DNA of 64,000 bases. Source: Candidatus Bathyarchaeota archaeon (GTDB lineage Archaea > Thermoproteota > Bathyarchaeia > Bathyarchaeales > Bathyarchaeaceae). The notes beneath the pieces were generated by a model. It was not told where the DNA came from. It did no database searches and saw only the letters and a program-made list of their open reading frames with translations. Made by a program: the position numbers and the translations under genes. The stretch covers positions 74,837 to 138,836 of the forward strand of contig JASFHP010000002.1 of assembly GCA_050123155.1 (NCBI GenBank). Direction: 5' to 3'. Shown piece by piece: positions 59,402 to 64,000 of the stretch. Position 1 is the stretch's first letter. The number at the start of each line of letters is the position of its first letter.

Positions 59402-59457
59402 TTTTTCAGAAAAAAAGACTGTTTTCAACAATGTACCTTTATTAGGCTCCTAATATG
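59402..59457 (-). repeat. Dispersed intergenic element, copy 5 (inverted orientation)
   Basis: The reverse complement reads CATATTAGGAGCCTAATAAAGGTACATTGTTGAAAACAGTCTTTTTTTCTGAAAAA. Its first 46 nt are identical to copy 3. It lies 128 nt from the psmA start. Confidence 0.85.
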
Positions 59458-59584
59458 ATGTGCCCTTGTTTACTGAGGCTTCAATTTTTGTGGTGTGAAA
59501 TACAAGGATTGTTAACTGAAAATGGTGATAAATACGAAAAGGTTTTTAGTTCCGTCTTATTACATCAGAGACAAAACGTAGTTA

Positions 59585-60337
59585 ATGTATGAGGTGAATG
59601 GTTTGTCTGTATTTGCCGCACCAGGAGCTTACGATCGCGCCATTACCGTGTTTTCTCCAGACGGTCGCCTATTTCAGGTTGAATACGCCCTAGAAACAGT
59701 GAACCGTGGGGCAACAATAATCGGGATTGCCTGCTCAGAGGGAGTTGTTTTAGGAGCAGAAGAAAAAATTGAAACCAAACTTCAAGACACAGATTTCACA
59801 TGGAAACTCTACGCCGTCGACGACCATCTTGGAGCAGCGGTTGTTGGGTTGGGTTCTGACGCTCGAATACTCATTGACCAAGCAAGAATATACGCTCAAA
59901 GCAACCGACTGACGTATGATGAGCCAATCGATGTTGAAATGATGACCAAACGTGTCGGAGACATAAAGCAACTTTACACTCAGCACGCAGGAGTAAGACC
60001 CTTCGGAGTGTCAATCATCTTTGGTGGAGTCGACAAAACTGGAAGCAGAGTCTTCTCAACCGATCCAAGTGGCTCCTACAGAGGCTACAAGGCTGTGGCT
60101 GTGGGAATCGGTCGGGAAACAGTTGAGGGTATACTGAAGGAAGAGTACCGCGAAGACCTCAGCTTGGATGAAGCTGTCAAACTTGCCGTTAAATGTCTAA
60201 CTCAAGCCCTTGTAGCTAGGGGAGAGCCAAAAAGAATCAAAATAAATACGGTTCCATCAAAAACAAAGAAGCTCCAAGTAATAAGCGACAAAGAAATTGA
60301 AACCATTCAAAGAGGGCTTGAGGGCAGTGGAAGTTAA
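59585..60337 (+). CDS. psmA: Proteasome alpha subunit
   Basis: YDRAITVFSPDGRLFQVEYA is the N-terminal alpha-subunit signature. The size is 250 aa. Confidence 0.9.
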   Translation: MYEVNGLSVFAAPGAYDRAITVFSPDGRLFQVEYALETVNRGATIIGIACSEGVVLGAEEKIETKLQDTDFTWKLYAVDDHLGAAVVGLGSDARILIDQARIYAQSNRLTYDEPIDVEMMTKRVGDIKQLYTQHAGVRPFGVSIIFGGVDKTGSRVFSTDPSGSYRGYKAVAVGIGRETVEGILKEEYREDLSLDEAVKLAVKCLTQALVARGEPKRIKINTVPSKTKKLQVISDKEIETIQRGLEGSGS

Positions 60338-61026
60338 TGAGCGAACGCTACACCATCGCGCGCATCACTCATGATGGCGAACACTTCGAAATTCTAACAA
60401 AACCTGAACCCGCCCTCTCCTACCGACTAGGAAAAACCATCCCTGTTTCCCAAGTTCTCGCCACCGAAACAATCTTCACCGACGCTGGAAAAGGCACAAA
60501 AGCATCAGAAGAAACGCTGAAGCAAGTTTTCGGAACCACGGATTCCCTTGAAATAGCTGGAGTAATCCTTAAGAAGGGTACCTTACAGTTAACTACGGAA
60601 CAAAGGAAACAAATTGTTGAAGAAAAACGGAGACAAATAATTTCCTTCATATCACGTGAGTGCATTGACCCGAAAACAAATCTTCCCCATCCCCCCCTAC
60701 GGATTGAACAGGCAATGAAACAAATTCGCTTTTCCATCGACCCCTCCAAAGGCGTCGAAGAGCAAGCAAAAGAAATAATAAAGCTCCTACGCCCCGTTAT
60801 CCCACTCAAAATGGAGAAAATTTCAGTTGCAGTTCACATACCCCCCGAGCACGCAAGCAAAGCTTACGGAACCGTTAAGGGATTCGGCACAATAACGAGG
60901 GAACAGTGGCAGGCTGACGGGTCATGGTCTGCCATTGTGGAAATGTCAGCTGGCCTTTATGGGCCATTCTTGGATAAGCTGGGGAAGATGACTCGAGGAA
61001 ATATGGAAGCTAAAATGGTGAAATAA
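60337..61026 (+). CDS. SBDS-family ribosome maturation protein (Sdo1)
   Basis: The FYSH-domain N-terminus is ARITHDGEHFEILTKPE...ETIFTDAGKGTKASEE. The gene occupies the conserved position in the proteasome-exosome superoperon. Confidence 0.85.
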   Translation: MSERYTIARITHDGEHFEILTKPEPALSYRLGKTIPVSQVLATETIFTDAGKGTKASEETLKQVFGTTDSLEIAGVILKKGTLQLTTEQRKQIVEEKRRQIISFISRECIDPKTNLPHPPLRIEQAMKQIRFSIDPSKGVEEQAKEIIKLLRPVIPLKMEKISVAVHIPPEHASKAYGTVKGFGTITREQWQADGSWSAIVEMSAGLYGPFLDKLGKMTRGNMEAKMVK

Positions 61027-61052
61027 TTAAAAACTTTATTGAGGTGTTGAAT

Positions 61053-61754
61053 ATGCCCGTATTTTTTGAAAAAAAACAGCTTGTGGCTCCTGGCGACCTT
61101 CTCGCCGAAGGTGATTACGTGCCCGGAGAAAGTACCTATAAAGAGAATGAAAAAATCTATGCAAGCCGCCTTGGACTTGTTGATTATGATGGCAGAAGAG
61201 TTTACATCGTTGCCCTCAAAGCGTTCTACATTCCCGCTCCCGGAGACACGGTTATCGGAAAAGTTGTTGAAACCACGCCAGGCGGTTGGGTTATAGACAT
61301 CAAAGCTCCACAGTTTGCTAGGCTTAGAGCATCCGACGTCGTTGAACGTTCCTTCAAGCCTGAAACCACAGATTTGCCTTCCATCTTTGATGTGGGCGAT
61401 CTGATAATCGCGAAGGTGGTTGCTTATGACAGAACCCGTGACCCCCAGTTGAGTATCCGTGAACCTGGTCTAGGGAAGATCATGCGGGGGCAGCTCTTCG
61501 AGGTTACTCCCACCAAGATTCCGAGAGTTATCGGCAGACAGGGTTCAATGGTGAGCATGATAAAGAGGGAGACAGGCTGTCAGTTGACTATCGGTCAAAA
61601 CGGTTTGATTCTTATCAGCGGCAGGTCCCCTAAGGAGGAGCGGCTTGCTGTATTGGCTCTTCGCAAAATTGAAGCAGAGTCCCACACGAGTGGGTTAACT
61701 GATCAAGTGAATGAGATGATTAAAAAGGAAAGGAAAGCAGTTGAAAGCAAGTAA
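61053..61754 (+). CDS. rrp4: Exosome complex RNA-binding subunit Rrp4 (S1 plus KH)
   Basis: ATG 61053 lies 6 nt after GAGGTG. The S1 segment is [20 protein letters not shown] and the KH segment is [26 protein letters not shown]. Confidence 0.85.
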   Translation: MPVFFEKKQLVAPGDLLAEGDYVPGESTYKENEKIYASRLGLVDYDGRRVYIVALKAFYIPAPGDTVIGKVVETTPGGWVIDIKAPQFARLRASDVVERSFKPETTDLPSIFDVGDLIIAKVVAYDRTRDPQLSIREPGLGKIMRGQLFEVTPTKIPRVIGRQGSMVSMIKRETGCQLTIGQNGLILISGRSPKEERLAVLALRKIEAESHTSGLTDQVNEMIKKERKAVESK

Positions 61755-62520
61755 AAAGAAAACTAAAAAGAAGACAGAAAAAAAAGCAGATAAAAAACCT
61801 GAAAAATTAATTGATAAAAAGGGCATCAGATTAGATGGAAGAAAACTGGACGAGTTAAGACCCGTGAAAATGGAGGTCGGCGTGCTTCCAAACGCAAACG
61901 GCTCTGCATATCTGGAGCAAGGAAAAAACAAGATTCTGGTGGGCGTTTACGGTCCTAAAGAGGCGCATCCAAGACACATAGCACAACAGGACCGCGCCGT
62001 CATTCAATGCCGCTATCACATGGCACCCTTCTCAGTTGACGAAAGGAAGTCTCCGGCGCCTTCAAGACGAGACATTGAACTCTCCAAAGTGATTCGACAG
62101 GCTTTAGAACCCGCGATTTTCCTCGAATACTACCCCAAAACAGCCATTCAAGTATACATTGAAATCTTACAAGCAGATGGGGGAACAAGATGCGCGGGCA
62201 TCACTACGGCTTCTCTTGCATTGGCTGACGCTGGAATTCCTATGCGGGACTTGGTTGTGGCTTGCGCGGCTGGCAAAGCGGACGGAAAACTGATGGTTGA
62301 CCTTATGGACACCGAAGATAAGGTTGGCGACGCTGATGTGCCCGTGGCTTTTATGCCTAACCTGAACGCCATAACTTTGCTGCAGATGGATGGCAGCTTG
62401 TCGGTTGACGAATTCGAGAACGCCGTTAATATGGCTATTGACGGCTGCAAACAAATTTATGCCCTTCAAAAGGAGGCGTTAAAATCGAAGTATGTTGTTG
62501 AGGAGGCTAAAGAAGAATGA
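61741..62520 (+). CDS. rrp41: Exosome complex exonuclease Rrp41 (RNase PH fold) with a Lys-rich N-terminal extension
   Basis: The motifs [32 protein letters not shown] and [21 protein letters not shown] are present. TTG 61741 is the only canonical start in frame. Confidence 0.9.
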   Translation: MKASKKKTKKKTEKKADKKPEKLIDKKGIRLDGRKLDELRPVKMEVGVLPNANGSAYLEQGKNKILVGVYGPKEAHPRHIAQQDRAVIQCRYHMAPFSVDERKSPAPSRRDIELSKVIRQALEPAIFLEYYPKTAIQVYIEILQADGGTRCAGITTASLALADAGIPMRDLVVACAAGKADGKLMVDLMDTEDKVGDADVPVAFMPNLNAITLLQMDGSLSVDEFENAVNMAIDGCKQIYALQKEALKSKYVVEEAKEE

Positions 62521-63320
62521 CAAATTCACCGATTGTTGTGCGCGTCAAGAAAAAACGAATCATTGAACTTCTGGCGAACGGAAAAAGAGTAGACGAACGA
62601 GAATTAACAGACTACCGAAAAATCGAAATAGATTCAGGAGTGATAGAGCGCGCTGAAGGCTCCGCTCGAGTGCGTCTAGGCAAAACCGACGTCATGGTGG
62701 GCGTCAAAATCGCAACTGGTACTCCATTCTCGGATATGCCCGACAAGGGTGTTCTCACAGTTAACGCTGAACTTGTGCCCCTTGCATCTCCACATTTTGA
62801 ACCTGGACCACCCGGCGAGGACGCGGTGGAGTTGGCTCGAGTAGTTGATAGGGGAATAAGGGAGTCAAAGGCTATAGATTTGGAGAAGCTTTGTGTCGAG
62901 TCTGGCAAACTGGTCTTCGTAGTTTTCATAGACGTTTACGTTCTCAACTACGACGGAAATCTTATAGACGCTTCGGCGATGGCAGCGTTGGCGGCTCTAA
63001 TCAACACTAAGATGTTCAAGTATGAAGTGAAAGACGGTGAGATCGTGAAGAAGCCGGGTTACAATCCTCTTCCCATAGTTAACTATCCCATATCTGTTAC
63101 TTTTGCTAAGATCGGCGACAAACTCGTATTAGACGCTGGATTGGATGAAGAAGAGGTTATGGATGCAAGATTAACAATGACTATGGACAAAGACGGAAAA
63201 ATCTGCGCCATACAGAAGGGCGGCGGTTCAGGCTACTTCACCAAAGAGGAGATATCGGAAGCCGCCAAGATTGCCCTAAAAAAGACTGAGGAACTGAGAA
63301 AACTCGTGGTTAAAAGCTGA
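62517..63320 (+). CDS. rrp42: Exosome complex subunit Rrp42 (RNase PH fold, inactive)
   Basis: The motifs [32 protein letters not shown] and [16 protein letters not shown] are present. Its ATG overlaps the rrp41 stop. Confidence 0.85.
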   Translation: MTNSPIVVRVKKKRIIELLANGKRVDERELTDYRKIEIDSGVIERAEGSARVRLGKTDVMVGVKIATGTPFSDMPDKGVLTVNAELVPLASPHFEPGPPGEDAVELARVVDRGIRESKAIDLEKLCVESGKLVFVVFIDVYVLNYDGNLIDASAMAALAALINTKMFKYEVKDGEIVKKPGYNPLPIVNYPISVTFAKIGDKLVLDAGLDEEEVMDARLTMTMDKDGKICAIQKGGGSGYFTKEEISEAAKIALKKTEELRKLVVKS

Positions 63321-63595
63321 TGGGAAGAAAAACAAAGAAAGTAGGTATGACCAGAGGGCTTGGAACCCGTTACGGCGCAACGGTTAGAAAGCGTTACATA
63401 AAAGTAGTCACAGAAGCCAAAAAAACCCACAAATGTCCACAATGCGGGTCTGTTGCAGTTAAGAGGGAGAGCGTGGGCGTCTGGAACTGCAGAAAATGTG
63501 GTCTCACCTTCTCTGGAGGCGCCTACACGCCAGTCACGAAACTCGGGGTTGTGGCGAAGCGTCAAGTGAAAAGTCTGTCCTCTTCAGAAGCCTGA
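63320..63595 (+). CDS. rpl37ae: Ribosomal protein L37Ae (eL43)
   Basis: [26 protein letters not shown]...CPQCGSVAVKRESVGVWNCRKCG matches the eL43 zinc-ribbon signature. Confidence 0.9.
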   Translation: MGRKTKKVGMTRGLGTRYGATVRKRYIKVVTEAKKTHKCPQCGSVAVKRESVGVWNCRKCGLTFSGGAYTPVTKLGVVAKRQVKSLSSSEA

Positions 63596-63638
63596 GTGAA
63601 AACAGTAGGGCGAAGGCTTTCTGGGTCACCGTTCTTCG

Positions 63639-64000
63639 GTGAGGTGTCTGGCTTTGTTGTTGACTACCTCTCGGAGACCAACTGGAAGAATACGGACATT
63701 CTGTCGTGATTTAGCTAATTCTATCCCTGATGTTACGCGGGTTAACCGTGGGAAGATGAGTCTGGATGGCGTGGCTGAAAAGGCGATTGAGCTTGAGGCT
63801 GATTGTGTGGTTGTGGTTGATAGGTGGCATGGGGGACCCGGAAGAATCAATCTTTTTCAGGTATCCTCAACTGGACTAAAGTCTGTTCCTCCGCTAATGC
63901 TGATAGGGGAAATTCGTCTCCGAAGAGAGCTTAATGAAGGAAGGAGAGGCGTTCGATCCTCTGCAATTACATTGGAGCCTGCCGATTCAGCTGAACTAGC
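63639..64000 (+). CDS. Brix/Imp4-domain ribosome biogenesis protein, 3' end beyond the window; absent from the ORF track
   Basis: Own translation from GTG 63639 gives MRCLALLLTTSRRPTGRIRTFCRDLANSIPDVTRVNRGKMSLDGVAEKAIELEADCVVVVDRWHGGPGRINLF... This is the classic archaeal Brix pattern in the expected superoperon position. There is no stop before 64000. Confidence 0.7.
   Translation, partial: MRCLALLLTTSRRPTGRIRTFCRDLANSIPDVTRVNRGKMSLDGVAEKAIELEADCVVVVDRWHGGPGRINLFQVSSTGLKSVPPLMLIGEIRLRRELNEGRRGVRSSAITLEPADSAEL

Overview
This is an archaeal chromosomal window of mostly housekeeping genes. Shine-Dalgarno-like GGAGGTGA motifs precede many starts and A/T-rich BRE/TATA boxes sit in the spacers. 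A Cdv/ESCRT-III division locus together with a five-gene CODH/ACS (cdhABCDE) operon suggests a TACK-type, Bathyarchaeia-like lineage; that placement is inference only. Other recognisable genes are TFB, aSUI1, MetAP, TrpRS, PheRS alpha and beta, a ThyA-like gene, aspartate kinase, a sucrose-phosphate synthase/phosphatase pair, archaeal CoA genes, and the psmA-SBDS-rrp4-rrp41-rrp42-L37Ae-Brix superoperon. RNA genes are tRNA-Gln(CUG), tRNA-Pro(UGG), a stand-alone 5S rRNA, and a 224-nt tRNA-like gene with about 146 nt of unresolved intervening sequence. No CRISPR array, transposase, integrase or obvious defence island was seen. The observations most worth following up are: (1) a five-copy, about 55-nt intergenic element with two palindromes, always oriented toward the start of a gene that reads away from it, and bracketing an orphan DNA methyltransferase; (2) the giant-intron tRNA with repeated GGGATGA motifs; (3) conserved N-terminal domains of TFB and of the winged-helix CdvB that no canonical start codon can reach, with an A_AAA_AAG heptamer in tfb; (4) a 180-aa RpoH with an N-terminal domain arranged as in eukaryotic Rpb5; (5) a structured G+C-rich leader upstream of cdhA; (6) several conserved-looking small zinc-ribbon and RHH genes below the ORF-track length cutoff. 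Family names marked as recollection (DUF numbers) come from memory and need a profile search.
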